Shown: positions 33,426-47,545 of the stretch, one piece after another | Position numbering within the stretch: the stretch's first letter is position 1 | Layout: each line of letters opens with the position of its first letter | NCBI GenBank assembly: GCA_002269645.1 | Contig: NIVC01002120.1 | Span: forward strand, 1 to 64,000 | From: Macrostomum lignano | Lineage: Eukaryota | Direction of reading: 5' to 3' | DNA length: 64,000 nucleotides | Made by a program: the position numbers and the translations under genes | Notes under the pieces: generated by a model | Databases searched by the model: none | Told to the model about the DNA's origin: nothing | Seen by the model: the letters and a program-made list of their open reading frames with translations, nothing else

Positions 33426-36400
33426 ACACATTTGTTTCCCCATTGATATTCGCATTGATATTCGAATTTTAACAAAAGCAAAATACTAAAAGCAACCCGT
33501 AGCATGAAACTTTACACAGAGTAAACTGCAACCGCGAAACGACTATTGGTCAAGTTTCAGCTCGATATGTAACTTTGGCTCTGAGCAGGAGCGATTTTCG
33601 ATGTGTTCCATTTAAAATACATGTGATTCCAAAATTCGTATTGATATTCGAGTACAGGTACTTCTGCTTCACTGATCTTGACGAAACTTTACACAGAGTA
33701 AACTGCAACCGTGAAACGACTATTGGTCAAGTTTCAGCTCGATATGTAACTTTGGCTCTGAGCAGGAGCGATTTTCGATGTGTTCCATTTAAAATACATG
33801 TGATTCCAAAATTCGTATTGATATTCGAGTACAGGTACTTCTGCTTCACTGATCTTGACGAAACTTTACACAGAGTAAACTGCAACCGTGAAACGACTAT
33901 TGGTCAAGTTTCAGCTCGATATGTAACTTTGGCTCTGAGCAGGAGCGATTTTCGATGTGTTCCATTTAAAATACATGTGATTCCGAAATTCGTATTGATA
34001 TTCGAGTACAGGTACTTCTGCTTCACTGATCTTGACGAAACTTTACACAGAGTAAACTGCAACCGTGAAACGACTATTGGTCAAGTTTCAGCTCGATATG
34101 TAACTTTGGCTCTGAGCAGGAGCGATTTTCGATGTGTTCCATTTAAAATACATGTGATTCCAAAATTCGTATTGATATTCGAGTACAGGTACTTCTGCTT
34201 CACTGATCTTGACGAAACTTTACACAGAGTAAACTGCAACCGTGAAACGACTATTGGTCAAGTTTCAGCTCGATATGTAACTTTGGCTCTGAGCAGGAGC
34301 GATTTTCGATGTGTTCCATTTAAAATACATGTGATTCCAAACAACAACAACAACAACAGAGTACGCTGCCAGTTCACAAAAGCAGCGTCAGATGGCGCGC
34401 TTCGAAGCTTGGGCGCGAACAAAGGCCGCAACGCCGGCAGAGTCCGGGGTGCCGGCGTAAGCCAGCAGACAGTCGACGTAGCGCCGAGTCCTCGCCTGTC
34501 CCCGCCGGTAGGGTGCCTGCAACGTAAGTAGCAGCACCTCCTGCACCGGCTCCGGACAGTAGGCCTCGGTGCGGATGACGTGGCCTGCTAGCTGAAGTCG
34601 CCGACGGCGCAGCAGATCGCTAGGACGGGCCAGGCCGGCGCGATGATAGAGCGCCGTGTTGGTGACTCGCTCGTTGCCGATCTTGAAGGCGGCGCGCAGC
34701 AGGCCAGCGTGCGCCGCGTCGACTTGAGCCTCGAGCGAGTCTATCAGCGTCCAGGTCTCGGCGTTGTATAACAGGACGGTCTCGATCACCGCCTGGAACA
34801 GCGCCGCCCTCTGGCGGTCCGGTAGGGCCTCGGACTGCAGGACTGACCTTATAGAACGAAAGGCAGCCCAGGCAAGTCCTCGGCGACGCCGCAGATCCTC
34901 GCGGACGTCGGGAACCAGACCGCCGAGGTAGACGAACTGCTGACATCTTGGAAGCTCACTCGCCTGTCCATCAGCGCCTCGGCAGAAGATTGCAGCCTCG
35001 GTGTCGTCCGGCACGCATAGCACGACGGTCTTCTGCGTGTTGACCACCAGGCCGACGCTCGCCGCAACGGCAACCAGTCTATCCAGCTGTCGTTGGGCGC
35101 CCTGGAGGGCGAGGTCATCGGCGTAGCCAAGCACACTGAGCCGTCTCTCCGGTTGGCGTCGACCCACGCGTCGCCGCAGCAGGAAGCTGTCGTCGTTGGA
35201 AGGCAGAGCAGTCCGTAGCACCCAGTCAAGCACCAGAATAAATAGGAACGGCGCTAGCGTATCTCCCTGGAGCACCCCGGAGGATGTCTCGAAGAAATCC
35301 GATAGGCCGTCCGGTGTTTAGACAGCAGCCGTCGTGCCGTGATATAGCGCCATGACAGCAGAAATCAGCAGGTCTGGCACGTTGTACGCACGGAGCACCT
35401 CTGGGAGCGCGTCCCTCACGACCGAGTCGAAGGCCTTCCTGAAATCGACGAAGATCAGGATCAGGGTCAACTGGCGGATGCGCGCCTCCTCGATGACTCG
35501 CCGAAGAGCCAGGATCTGCGTCACTGTGCTGCGATGGGGCCGGAATCCGTTCTGCTCAGGCCACAGGTACGGGTCCAGCACAGTCTGTAACCGCGATAGC
35601 AGCATGCGGTTGAACAGCTTCGCGGCGCAGGACTGTAGGCAGATGCCTCGATGCTCCTCGAGCTTGGTGGTGCCCGGCTTCTTTGGAATGGCGACGATGT
35701 GCGCCGTGGTCCATTCGTTTGGCGCCACCTCACCGGAAAGCACGCGGTTCATCACTCTGGCGACCTCAGTGGCCACGCAGTCGATCCGCAGCGCCTCGGT
35801 GGGCACCTCGTCTGGACCAAGCGCTTTGCCGCCCGGCGACTGCCGAGCGAACTTCACAACGTCGGCTGTGCTGACTGGGGCAACGTTGAAGCTCTCCTCC
35901 GCCGGCAACGGCGTCTCCGGCGGCAGCCTCAGATTTTCTGGAAGCGGAGGGGGCGGCGCGTTGACAATGGCGGCGAAGAACTCGCGCAGCTCGTTCCTGC
36001 GCTCATCCGGAATGTCGCCTGCTTGGTTGAGCGCGATGCGCCGCTTTCGCCCCGTCAGAGTGTTGATGACGGACCAGGCCACGCGCCCTCTGGCATCGGG
36101 CCCTGCGGCAGAGACGGCTTGGATGGCGTCATCGACAGCGGACTGCTGCCGCTGCAGGTAGACAGCCGCCAGAGCCTCCTCCGCCTCGCGAGTTTGCCGC
36201 CCACTCAGACGGAGCCTCTCCAGATCTTCCCTCGCTTCGTCGATCGCGGGGTCGTCCTGCCAGACCGGCTGCCCGCGCTGGGCCGGTCGCATCAGCGGGA
36301 CTGCTTGCTCCGCAGCGGCTCGAACTGCAGCGCTCACCTCCGCGTACTCGGCTCCTCCACGCTTGTCGCCCAGCGCAGTGAAAAAGACACCGGCAAAGCG

Positions 36401-37616
36401 ACGCCGCGTCTCGGCGTCCCTGAGCGCGCGGTAGTAGCGCCGCGGTGGCCGCTTTGGCGGACGGTAGAGCGGGTCCCGAAGCCGAAGGTCGCAGATGAGC
36501 AGCCGATGGTCGGACAGCAGAGCCAGCGGCGTAATGGTGCGGCAGTTGGTGACGCGGCGGCACTCACGAAAGCGCATAAGCACGTGGTCGAGCTGTGCCA
36601 GCCTCCGCGTAGCGTTCCGGCCGCGTGCGTTCCGCCGCCTCTGCTTGCAGCCGACGAAGGTCGCGAGCCTGCCCGGTGACTTGCGGAATCTGGTGTTGGC
36701 CGACACCATGTCCTCTCTCTCCAGGAAGTCCTCTAGCGCTCCGGTGTTGCCGTTCTCGCGAGCTGTCACAAACAGCGATCGCTCGGACCTACGCAGAACT
36801 GCGTTCAGGTCTCCGAGAATGACCACTGTGTCACGTTGCGCCATCTCCTCCACCTGTACTCGAATATCAATATGAATTTTGGAATCACATGTATTTTAAA
36901 TGGAACACATCGAAAATCGCTCCTGCTCAGAGCCAAAGTTACATATCGAGCTGAAACTTGACCAATAGTCGTTTCACGGTTGCAGTTTACTCTGTGTAAA
37001 GTTTTGTCAAGATCAGTGAAGCAGAAGTACCTGTACTCGAATATCAATATGAATTTTGGAATCACATGTATTTTAAATGGAACACATCGAAAATCGCTCC
37101 TGCTCAGAGCCAAAGTTACATATCGAGCTGAAACTTGACCAATAGTCGTTTCACGGTTGCAGTTTACTCTGTGTAAAGTTTCGTCAAGATCAGTGAAGCA
37201 GAAGTACCTGTACTCGAATATCAATACGAATTTTGGAATCACATGTATTTTAAATGGAACACATCGAAAATCGCTCCTGCTCAGAGCCAAAGTTACATAT
37301 CGAGCTGAAACTTGACCAATAGTCGTTTCACGGTTGCAGTTTACTCTGTGTAAAGTTTCGTCAAGATCAGTGAAGCAGAAGTACCTGTACTCGAATATCA
37401 ATACGAATTTTGGAATCACATGTATTTTAAATGGAACACATCGAAAATCGCTCCTGCTCAGAGCCAAAGTTACATATCGAGCTGAAACTTGACCAATAGT
37501 CGTTTCGCGGTTGCAGTTTACTCTGTGTAAAGTTTCATGCTACGGGTTGCTTTTAGTATTTTGCTTTTGTTAAAATTCGAATATCAATGCGAATATCAAT
37601 GGGGAAACAAATGCGT
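33426..37616. mobile_element. Foldback-type element with long modular TIRs (177-bp subrepeats) and 8-bp TSD ATTTCCTG
   Basis: 33426-34340 and 36852-37616 are inverted copies; ATTTCCTG occurs at 33418-33425 and 37617-37624. Confidence 0.85.
34339..36853 (-). mobile_element. 5'-truncated RTE-clade LINE (partial endonuclease plus RT) with one in-frame stop at 35318-35320 and a (TTG)n tail
   Basis: ILGDLNA and LDHVL (APE); RGICLQ, QNGFRP.RST, FVDFRKAFDSV, VLQGDTLAP and GYADD (RT); (AAC)n at 34339-34357. Confidence 0.93.
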
Positions 37617-38829
37617 ATTTCCTGTACTTTAGGAATATGGCTTCAATTTTCTATGCGGGTAGTTAACATAAAAAACACTATTTAGTATTTACCAAGGAAG
37701 GCAATGAAATGATACCTACATTAGATTACTATTTTCAATAGTCTTGTATTCTTATCCTTTAGTCAGTATATTCTACTAAGTATATCAAGTATGTTATTTG
37801 CAAAAGGCAAGCTAGTGGAAATTTATTAAATTATCAATTAAATAGGCCTAGTTTCAAAAGGTAGATCAGTAAAATCACCATTTTAAGTCAATGACTCAAT
37901 GGCTACTATGATTTTATTTTCTAATATCTCAGCGTCAGCTGTAACATCCTGGTTGTAACAAATTTGTCTCCCAATGGTTCAAATGGAAATTTAAAGTTTA
38001 GGCCTAGTTCTTATTTTTTAGCTCTATCTTTAAAAATGCATTCAATAAAAGGGATCTTTATACTTCTTTGTTAAAGTTTCAACAAAGACAAAGCCAAAGG
38101 CTAAAAGTAATGAATAGTAGTAGTAGTTTGCCAACCATTTTTGAGTATATTTTGAGTGAATCTTAGCTAATAAGTTAAATGAAAATGCTATAAAACCTTT
38201 GTCCTTATTTTTTGATTTCAAATAAATCATAAATAATAAATTGGCTTTTTGTATAAATAGGCCTACACCTAATTCCCATAGTCCATTTCACACTTAGAGT
38301 TATGCCAGAAGGAAACTGATGAAATTTCATCATTCATGTTAGACTTAGTCTATGTATTATGTATTAATTAGGTCTATATATTAGTAATAATTAGGTCTAT
38401 ATAATATAGCTATATGGGCCTATTATGTCTGAGGTATTAAGTCTAAGGCGCATGACCAAGATGGCCACACACCAAGATGGCCACAGCTCTGAATGGCTGC
38501 TTGGATAGGAATAGGTCTATATATTTCCTCATTTCCTATTGGCTGTGATTGGGGTGGGGTATGACATAGCTTCAAGTCTTGGAGAAAACAGATTTCGTTG
38601 GTGAAATTAGACTAAGTAAAACAAAAAACACTTCCCTTTACAGCAGGTATTACTACGTACTAAAGCTAGTAGCACTACTAGCACAAGACATTTAATTTTT
38701 GTATCATAGATAATAGTTTCAAACCTATCTCAATATACTAAAACTGACATGTTTTTTGTATATGTTAAAAGTTAAAGGTAGAGTGTAAAGGTATTAGTTA
38801 TGATAGAAGTAAGCAAAAATTGGAGTGCC

Positions 38830-39440
38830 CTCTTGTCTCTCATCTTTTCTCTCATCTCTGCACTCTCGTCTCTTATCTTTTCTCTCTCTCTCTCATCTCT
38901 GCCCTCTCCTCTCTCATCTCTTGCCCTCTCTTCTCTCATCTATTCTCTCTCATGTCTGCCCTTGTCTCTCATCTTTTCTCTGTCATCTCAGCCCTCTCGT
39001 CTCTAATCTTTTCTCTCTCTCTCTCTCTCATCTCTGCCCTCTCCTCTCTCATCTCTTGCCCTCTCCTCTCTCATCTATTCTCTCTCTCATGTCTGCCCTC
39101 TTCTCTCATCTTTTCTCTCTCATGTCTGCCCTCTCCTCTCATCTTTTCTCTCTCTCATCTCTGCCCTCTCCTCTCTCCTCTCCCCACCTCTCTCCTCTCC
39201 TCTCTCCTCTCCTCTCTCCTCTCCTCTCTCCTCACCTCTTTGCTCTCATCTTCCTTTTCCTCTTTATTCTCTTCTCCTTTTCCTCCTTTCTCCTCTCCAT
39301 TAATCTCCCTTCTCCTCTCTCTCCGCTCGTATTTAATCTCTCTTCTCATCAACTCTCTTCTCCTTTATTCCTTTGCCTCTCCTTTATCCTATGCTTGTAT
39401 TTCTCTTCTCTATTCCTTACCCTCTCTCCTCATCTCTGGC
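38830..39440. repeat. CT-rich low-complexity tract (similar tracts at ~30110-30370, 39630-39920, 40050-40220, 40960-41490)
   Basis: Polypyrimidine composition; the Ser/Leu ORFs over it are artefacts. Confidence 0.9.
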
Positions 39441-42403
39441 CCGCTCTGTCATCAGGACTCCTCGCTTCGCTTTGGGGGCCAACGAAGCGGACTAGAAGGG
39501 CAGTCATGAGCTGGGTTCTCAATCGAGGTAAAAAGTTTGCCAACCCCTGCACTAAAAGCACGTGGCTTAGTCACATTAGATAAAAACTACATGTATAGTG
39601 GAATGGGATTGAGAACAACGTGAACTAGCCTCTCTACTCTCAACCTCTCTACTCTCAGCCTCTATCTACTCTCAACCTCTCTATTCTCAGCCTCTCCACT
39701 CTCAGCCTCTTTCTACTCTCAGCCTCTATCCACTCTCAACCTCTATCCCCAGCCCCTCTCTACTCTCAGCCCCTCTCGGCTCTCAGCCCCTCTCTGCTCT
39801 CAGCCTCTCTCTACTCTCAGCCCCTCTCTGCTCTCAGCCCCTCTCTACTCTCAGCCCCTCTCTGCTCTCAGCCCCTCTCTGCTCTCAGCCTCTCTCTACT
39901 CTCAGCCTCTACTTTCATCTTCTCTCTCAGCTCAGCTTATATCTAGTTCTAAAATCTGAAATCATACTCGAACAAAAACTTGTCTTTCGAAAACATGTAT
40001 CGGCAAAATCTCTGGCCTGCTGTCTCTCTATGTCCCTCAGATCCTTTGAAACTTCTATCTTCTCTTTTGTTTCCTCTCTCTCTCTCTTCTCTCTCTCTCT
40101 TCTCTTCTCTTCTTTCCTATCTCCTCTCTCCCATCTTCTCTCGTCGATCTTCCCTCACCTCTCTTCTCTTTCATCTTTGCTCTCTCTTCTCATTTATCTC
40201 TGGTCTCCACTCTCTCCCCTTAGGAAAGAAGAAAAGATAGGAAAGATAGATAGCAAACATAGGAAAGAAGCCTATGTTTGAAAAAGTGCCCGACTTGTAC
40301 CAGCTGAGGCCAGCTAGAAGGCAACGTGGGAGAGATATTGTTGTAGAGTATCCAATCAAGAATGTGCCCACCCACCTTCTGGTAGATGGGGGCAGTGCGC
40401 TGTCTTTGCTAAGAGCCAGACTATTCTAAAAAAATCACTGGAAGGAGCATGGAGGCCTTGGAGCCCCCATGTGTGAAGGCCGTGTCATGTCATTAAAGAT
40501 TATAGGACTGAGAAAATTTATTTATTAGGAGTTAGTCTCCCGTTTGACCCCCGCTGAGTGGCAGAATGGTAGTCAGCCTGTGATTGCTTAATCCCCTCCC
40601 AATTAGTGTATTGAAAGTTTGCTCGTGTTGCCCCGTTGGATACCGCTTTTCGCTTATTTACGTGCGCTTTCCATTATATTCAAACTATGTTGTGACTCCG
40701 TGCTCATGTGGCGATGTTTAAATATCTAGGATTTGAGCTCGAACTTTGAACTCAAATTTGAGCTCGTACGGTATGTGTTTATTCCCTATAAGTCAATAAT
40801 ATCTTGGAAACCGGAAAAATTTCTATGGGTCTGCCCCGCAGGAGGTCCTGCCCTGCTGTTTAAAATTTTGTAGGAACAATGGAAGTCTGGGACTGTTAAA
40901 ATTAGCACATCGCAGTTTGATTTCTCGTGTTTGTTCGCACCTCGTAGGTCAGTGCGAAATTCTCTATTCTATCTCCTCTATCATCTCGACCCTCTCTCCT
41001 ATTATTTATTTCCTGTCTTAACTCCTCTCTCTCATCTCTCATCTGTACTCTCCTTTAACATCTCTGCTCTTTTTTCCCAACTCTCCCAACTCTTCTCTCA
41101 ACTTTCTCCCCTTTACTCTTTCACCTCCCCTCTCTACTCTCTCCTCCCTCTCATCTCTCATCTCTCCTGCTCTCCCATATCTCTTCTCCTTTCTACTTTC
41201 TCCCTTCTCCATTCTTCTTTTTCCTCTTATCTCTCTTCTCTCCCTTCCCCTCTCTTCCTGTCCTCTCGATTCTCCCCCTTTATTCTCCTTTCTCCTTCAC
41301 TCCACTTCTCTTCCATTGTCTCTCATGTCTGCTCTCACACATTTCTCTTCTCTCCCCACTCGTCTCTATAATCTCTTCCCTCTCCTCTCTCCTCTGTTCT
41401 AGCTCTACTGTCGCATTTCTCGTCTCTGCTTTCTCATCTCTCCTTTCTCCTCTTTCATCTCTCCTATCTGATCTCTTCTCTCTTCTGTTTGTATCAGACT
41501 TGTATCTGTACATGTATTTAGAGGTTCGGCTTATTTTGACGAGATTTCAGAATTGTTAGACTTTGATTGAAGCCTTGCGTTTCTTGGGTATCAGTACTTG
41601 CTGAAAAATACATGCATCTCATATCTGTGCAAATTTGCCACAGTGCATAAAGAGTACAAATGATATTTACATAAATAAATCTGAGGCTTCATGCTAAGTG
41701 CTGTATGCAAAGTCACTATATTGAGTTATTTATTTATAGCCAAATTGTTATTATGGTTACCAACCATAGCAGTTGGCTAAAAATGTTAAAACTGAAAAAA
41801 GATTGCAACGAAAAATAACGATATGGCTGATTTGAGGTGAGCTGTTTTATATAGATAGATTTTTATCTCCACGCAAGCCAGTCAGTTATTTAGACTGTAT
41901 TTATGACTTCCAATCGTATCGTATCAGTACAGGCCACAATTGAAAAAAATGTTGCTCTAGGGTTGGCTTGAGTGTAACGATCCGTGAGGCATCACCACCA
42001 CTAGAGGAGCAGTGTGAGGACTGTTTGACCATAAATTAACTCTGCTCATTCAAGCTTGAATTGACAGCAACCCTGCCTACCTTTGTATTCAACTCAAACA
42101 ACAGAATACGGCTCGTATGTGAACTCAATACAAGTGGAAATCAAAAATAAAAAACTGCATCAGTTGCCACCCATTCACGATATTTCATATTATTTCTTGA
42201 TACCAACGGATTGACAGCAGTTTGTAGCAATGAATAAATTGTTTTTCTATGAAATCTTTCATCAGGCCTGTTTTGCGAACGTGGGTGCAAAAGGTATCTC
42301 ATATCTGCATTTTAATAGCTTGTATACGTAGCTCATATAATATCAGGCATAATGATGGGGATGATGGGATGATGATGAATTACGGAGGCAGAAGTGCACT
42401 GAG

Positions 42404-43378
42404 TCACACAAACATGCAGTGACTAGCCCAAGTAAAGGCTTCTTGCTCTGTAAGTGCGACGCAATGAACCCCCCATCCCAAATTTGAGCGTAAAACAAAG
42501 TGTAATATCTGGCAAGAAATGTGCACGGTGATTCTTAAATATGCTCCAGGGCTATATTGGGTGCAGCAACTAAGTAAGTGCAGATTTTTTGGCTTTTTTA
42601 ACTCGTTATGATCTGAAATGGCAATAAGGTACGGGTGGCATGGATAGATGACATGAAACAACATGCGCTTTGCTCCCTCCTTTACCTCCTTTGCTGCCTT
42701 TCTCTTCTGAGCTGGCCGATCAACTGGATCGCACGTGTGCGGAGCAAGGGCTTCTATGGTTCCATCAGCACGGCAGACTGCGGAGCCATGACAGTGCAGT
42801 GATAAACACTTAGTGCAGCGATAGTACGTGTTGCCATTTCGCCGCGTTTTTGCATCCATCAGATGGCCAAGGTCTCGTTGGGCATACTGCACTAGAAGGT
42901 CTTTTCCGTGACTGCATCCTGCACCTGTAAGAATCTCAAAGGGCTGGGGAGGTGGGCTGCGGGGCAGTGCAAGCTCTGCTGGAGGAATTTGAATGGATTC
43001 TTCCAGAGCTGGATCAGGGTCATTGAAATCTGGATACTGGTAAAGAAAATTTTCTGCTTGTGCCGGAATCAATTGCACTGGTTCTGGATTTTCAGCAGGC
43101 AGAGAAACAGCCGCTGGTCCAGAATTCGGGGCTTGTACATGTACCACTGCAGCATCTGCAGCTTGAGACACTGCTAAGTTACCTGCAGGAGCCCGTCTAT
43201 TGCATTGATTGCAAAGCCAGAAAAACTCACCAACATTTCTCATTGCAGAATACTGATCGATTGTGACGCGACTATCACATGCATGGTGCTGCCAATTCAA
43301 GCATTGAGAACACTCAATTGCTTCTTGTCCATCGCAAACTGGCTGCAGACAGACCACACATGGATATGCGCCTGCCAT
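42404..43378 (-). CDS. PHD-finger plus FLYWCH-like zinc-finger protein (N-terminal part of a MULE-type transposase gene; 3' end uncertain)
   Basis: CVVC...CSQC..WQH..C...WLCNQC (PHD); YYRCTKC....C.GSA.......HTC. No DDE core was found downstream. Confidence 0.65.
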   Translation of the reverse strand: MAGAYPCVVCLQPVCDGQEAIECSQCLNWQHHACDSRVTIDQYSAMRNVGEFFWLCNQCNRRAPAGNLAVSQAADAAVVHVQAPNSGPAAVSLPAENPEPVQLIPAQAENFLYQYPDFNDPDPALEESIQIPPAELALPRSPPPQPFEILTGAGCSHGKDLLVQYAQRDLGHLMDAKTRRNGNTYYRCTKCLSLHCHGSAVCRADGTIEALAPHTCDPVDRPAQKRKAAKEVKEGAKRMLFHVIYPCHPYLIAISDHNELKKPKNLHLLSCCTQYSPGAYLRITVHISCQILHFVLRSNLGWGVHCVALTEQEAFTWASHCMFV

Positions 43379-45639
43379 TTTGTATCTAAGTGCTTAGACT
43401 GCTGTCAGTGAATGAGACAGATGAATTTTGAACAGGGCATGAAATTTACCCAGTTTTTATCCCTTTAAACAAGTAAATTAGTCTCGACCAATAAGAGAAA
43501 TGGAAAAAAGCTACACCAGATTTTATATGAAGAAGAGATTTGTTTAATGCAAAATACGTTTATACCTCTTAGGGCCCTACTATAAGTAGGAAATTAAGAC
43601 TCGTGACCATTTTTGTCTTTAGCCCTGCAATATGCTAATAAAATCTTGACTGCCTGTCTAAACCCCCCCATTGCAACCCCACATCTCCCCACCCGAAGCT
43701 ATCCAATAGTAAACCAGCTGTCATTTTCCGTGACCCCCACCCCAGCTGTGGCCATCTTGGTGTGTGGCCATCTTGGTCTTACACCAAGTCTAAGCATTAA
43801 GTCTAGGTATAATGCCTAGACTAGGAATAGGGATATGGGGCAGTTTATGCAAATATTTATCATATTTCCTGTAGGCCTATACTCAAAATCTCACTGCTGA
43901 GTTACCAAAGTTATGTTAGGGGTTAACTACTATCTCTACAAATAATTCCAAAATGTCACCAAAGTTATCACAGGGCTTAATTTCTATCTTTATAAATGTT
44001 GGTAGCTGCTACCAAGACTATATTCCATTAATAAATTATATGTTTATTAATCTTAGAATGTCTGAAAAATGTTTCTTAGAATAAGTCTAAGTATATATCT
44101 GAGCATTTGTTTAAGTATATTTGAGAATTTGTTTGAGTATATTGTTCTTAGAATACTATTTAGCCCTTACAAGTATTATTCTCCTATTATTCCAGTAGCC
44201 TTTTCTATTATTCTAATAGCATTCTATTAGTAATTCAGCCTAAGCAGTATATTAGTCTACTAGTATATATACTTTATGTATTTCTAGTATTTCTAGTCCA
44301 GAGTGTTACCAAGATCAGAGGGTCATAGCCTCTAGTTATTCTTACATGTATTCATTTAGGATCTACTTTGAATTCTCTTACTACTTCCACTTCTCAGTAT
44401 AGTATATATTGAATATACTTCTGTCTACTTTACTTCACTTTAGAAAATAAATCAACTTAGAAAACAATCTTTAATAACCTTTACTTGGAACTCTTACTAT
44501 TCAATATTGGCTTTATTTCTTAAGGAACTGCAAAGCACAAGGTTGGTCTCTCCTCCATTGTTGTGAGACTATACGAATATGTTTCCAGTACAGTATAAAG
44601 TTAGTATAAAATAATGTTTACTAATGTAGCTTCTTCTGGAAACTTCTGCACTCTCCCCCTAGCTATACTAAGAATAGCATTCTAGAAACTTCTCTCGCAC
44701 ATCCCCAAGGCTATAAATCGAAATACCCATACTGTACTAAAACCAAGACTATGGCTCTCTCTTCTTTGCGTCCTAATCCCTTACTGCTACAAATATACTC
44801 TTCCTTGTTGCCAAGCATTCTGTCGGCCTGGTTAATCAGCAATTAATTCGAGGTCTCTGTTCATTCTATTACCAGAGATACAAAATCCACCAAAAATGTT
44901 TTTATTCATACTAAAATTTACTGCTAGTTTAAACAAAAATTAGTTTGCATAAAATATTATGAAGAATATATGTATTATAAAAAATATGTTTTTCTAGATT
45001 TGGCATGCATTCAAAATAATTTATACTAATATCAATTTTGTAAAAGAATCAAGAGGTGCCCTACACAAACTTTTTAAATATATAAGTTAAAAAAATATAT
45101 AAAAATTTTGCATTATAGTATAATTTCTAGATTTGAAACTTCATTTTAACTTTATATAAATAATAAAATTTTATAGTTATTTAACTTTTCTATTTTATTC
45201 AAATATGAAATATGTTACACAATTTTTTATATGGCAAAAGATCATATAGTTATTTTTTATGTTAGCCATTTATTCCAATCCATTTTTAACCAAATCGTAT
45301 GCCAGGGATTTATGCCAAGGCTTTTTTTCTCAATTTATACTAGTCATTTTCTGGTACAATTGTAATGAAATAGACAGGGTCTAATTCTTAAAGAACAAAA
45401 ATTTTTGTTATCTTTAAAAGTGTAATCTAGAGATTTTCTAAGTATGAGTTTCTTGTGGAATGACCCTGGCATTTGCTCATTATGTGGTTAAAATAAGACA
45501 GGTTAATGTTAAGAAGAATATTTTTATATAATATAAATGGCAACAAAAAGACTAAAAGATTGACAATAAGATAGCATGAAACAAGATCAAAGATAGGAGA
45601 TAGGCTTAGACCTTTAAAGGAATTAGCAATATTACTAGC

Positions 45640-46680
45640 TATCAAAAATGCAAAGTGACATGATTATAATATAGATTAGCTAACCTCAGGATGTATAACC
45701 TAGTATGATATACTTTTTCTACAACCAACAGCTTCTACTACAGCTGTGGCACACCAGAGTCCATTACCAAAACAACATTTCTAACCTTGATTACATGATC
45801 AAACATTTGGCTTTCCTTCCTTGCCAAATGCTTGCACAGGGCTATTTTGTACTTATGAGTATTTAGCATAACTATTCTTACCAGAATTTAGTCAGCAACT
45901 GCCACACTTAGCTCAGCTACTCTAGAAGAGGTAGAACTGTTTGGCTCTCTAGATTCACTTCTGGTTCTTTTGTCAGCCAATTAAGAACAAGGAAATGACT
46001 TAGCATGATTACTTCTATATGCACTTTGGACAAGATCAACCCAAGTAGTCTAGAATCAACAACTGCTTCCACTATGCACACAAACTGTTGTCAACTTGTC
46101 TAGGGTAAGAAAAGCATTGCAGACAGTCTTCTTCAAAGTTGACTTCACAACACCAACCAATGGCTCATAGAATTTGCCTATCCATGGTGCTTTTTCTGGG
46201 ATAAATGACTAGCAGATTCTTTTGTTGGCTAAGAACTCTTGAGCTTCTGTGGTTTGAAAGGGATCCATTTGGGCATCTAGTAGCCACCCTGTTGAGTGGA
46301 AAGTCTAATTTTTTTAGGAATTATTGACAGAATCCTGCAATAAGCACAGAAGCAACAAAGACTAAAAAATGATTGAGTAGTCAAATCTGTGGTCACTTCA
46401 AGATAGACCGCTTGGGTGCTCATGCAAGCAAAAAGTAGGATGTCAGGCTTTTGGCCATCTTCCTCCCCGTAGTAGAGAAGTGGACCATAGTAGCCTAGGC
46501 CAATATGCTAGAATGCTCTCAGCAACTTGACTCTTGACAAGAGCAACTGTGACTGCTAACCAACTTTGTACAGCAAACCCTAGATCTAAAGTGATGTGAC
46601 AAAGTGGAGGGCACGCTGACACTCGGAGAAGCCTCTCTAAAGTTATGAACTTCTGCAAGTCTATCACTTTGTCTATCTAA
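45640..46680 (-). mobile_element. Degenerate BEL/Pao LTR-retrotransposon integrase remnant
   Basis: Manual translation gives ILLFACMSTQAVYLEVTTDLTTQSFL and FIPEKAPWIGKFYEPLVGVVKSTLKK, interrupted by stops. Confidence 0.65.
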
Positions 46681-47344
46681 ATATGAGGTTCCAGAGGGCT
46701 ACCAGCTTCCACAGTTACACAATGAATAGTGGGCTATGAATATAATTTAATTTAAACAAAGTTTATACATAACTGTTTAAATAAATTAACAAAAATATTT
46801 ATACAACAAAAATAAATTGCAGGTATACATATACTATAAAATACCTTACACTAAATTTCCAAATTAAACGCGATACACAATTCAGTCTCAACAATACTGT
46901 CTCATGCAGGCTATCCCACCAAGTACCACTAGAGTATTTACAGTCACTCTATCCATCAGTATGTGCCATTAAAGTGATGGTTTGTTACTGTTCTTATCTT
47001 TTATGGCTTAAATTTTCAGAACTAACTAAGAAGCTTAGTGGGCTATAAATACATAAAATAATATTTAAAAGTTTAACAGACATTAATTAATTACAACTGG
47101 TGCTTTAAAATAACTTTGTTTCAGGGTGCTAAAATATAGCACCTGCGGCACTAAAATGAATGCTTACAATGCCAAAATGAGCACTGACAATACCAATTCT
47201 CAAAATAATGTACATATAGAAATTTAGTCATGTACATGTAGAGATAACACACTGCTTTCGAGTGAAATCAGTGCATCGACATCATTGGCTAGAATTTTGT
47301 TTTTACCATAGAAGCATGCGGCAATGTACTGTTTTGCTATGGAT

Positions 47345-47545
47345 ATGCTACCTATCCATCAGCGGGTGAGCTATCTGTCCATCAGCAGGTGAGCTACCTG
47401 TCCATCAGTGGGTGAGCTACCTGTCCATCAGTGGGTGAGCTACCTGTCCATCAGCGGGTGAGCTATCTGTCCATCAGCAGGTGAGCTACCTGTCCATCAG
47501 TGGGTGAGCTACCTGTCCATCAGTGAGTGAGCTACCTATTCATCA
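47345..47545. repeat. 23-bp tandem repeat (GGTGAGCTACCTGTCCATCAGTG)
   Basis: About 8 direct copies. Confidence 0.9.

Larger units (their letters stand above)
38447..43785. mobile_element. Mutator-like DNA transposon, probably internally deleted
   Basis: Inverted ends GG..A.GACCAAGATGGCCACACACCAAGATGGCCACAGCT; AAGTCTAA(G) flanks both sides (8-9 bp TSD); carries a PHD/FLYWCH-like ORF. Confidence 0.75.

Noticed and set aside
33575-34531. Stop-free ORFs with a 59-aa repeat in both foldback arms (also 36805-37467)
   Set aside because: A single 177-bp unit lacking a stop in one frame gives this automatically; non-ATG starts and no domain.
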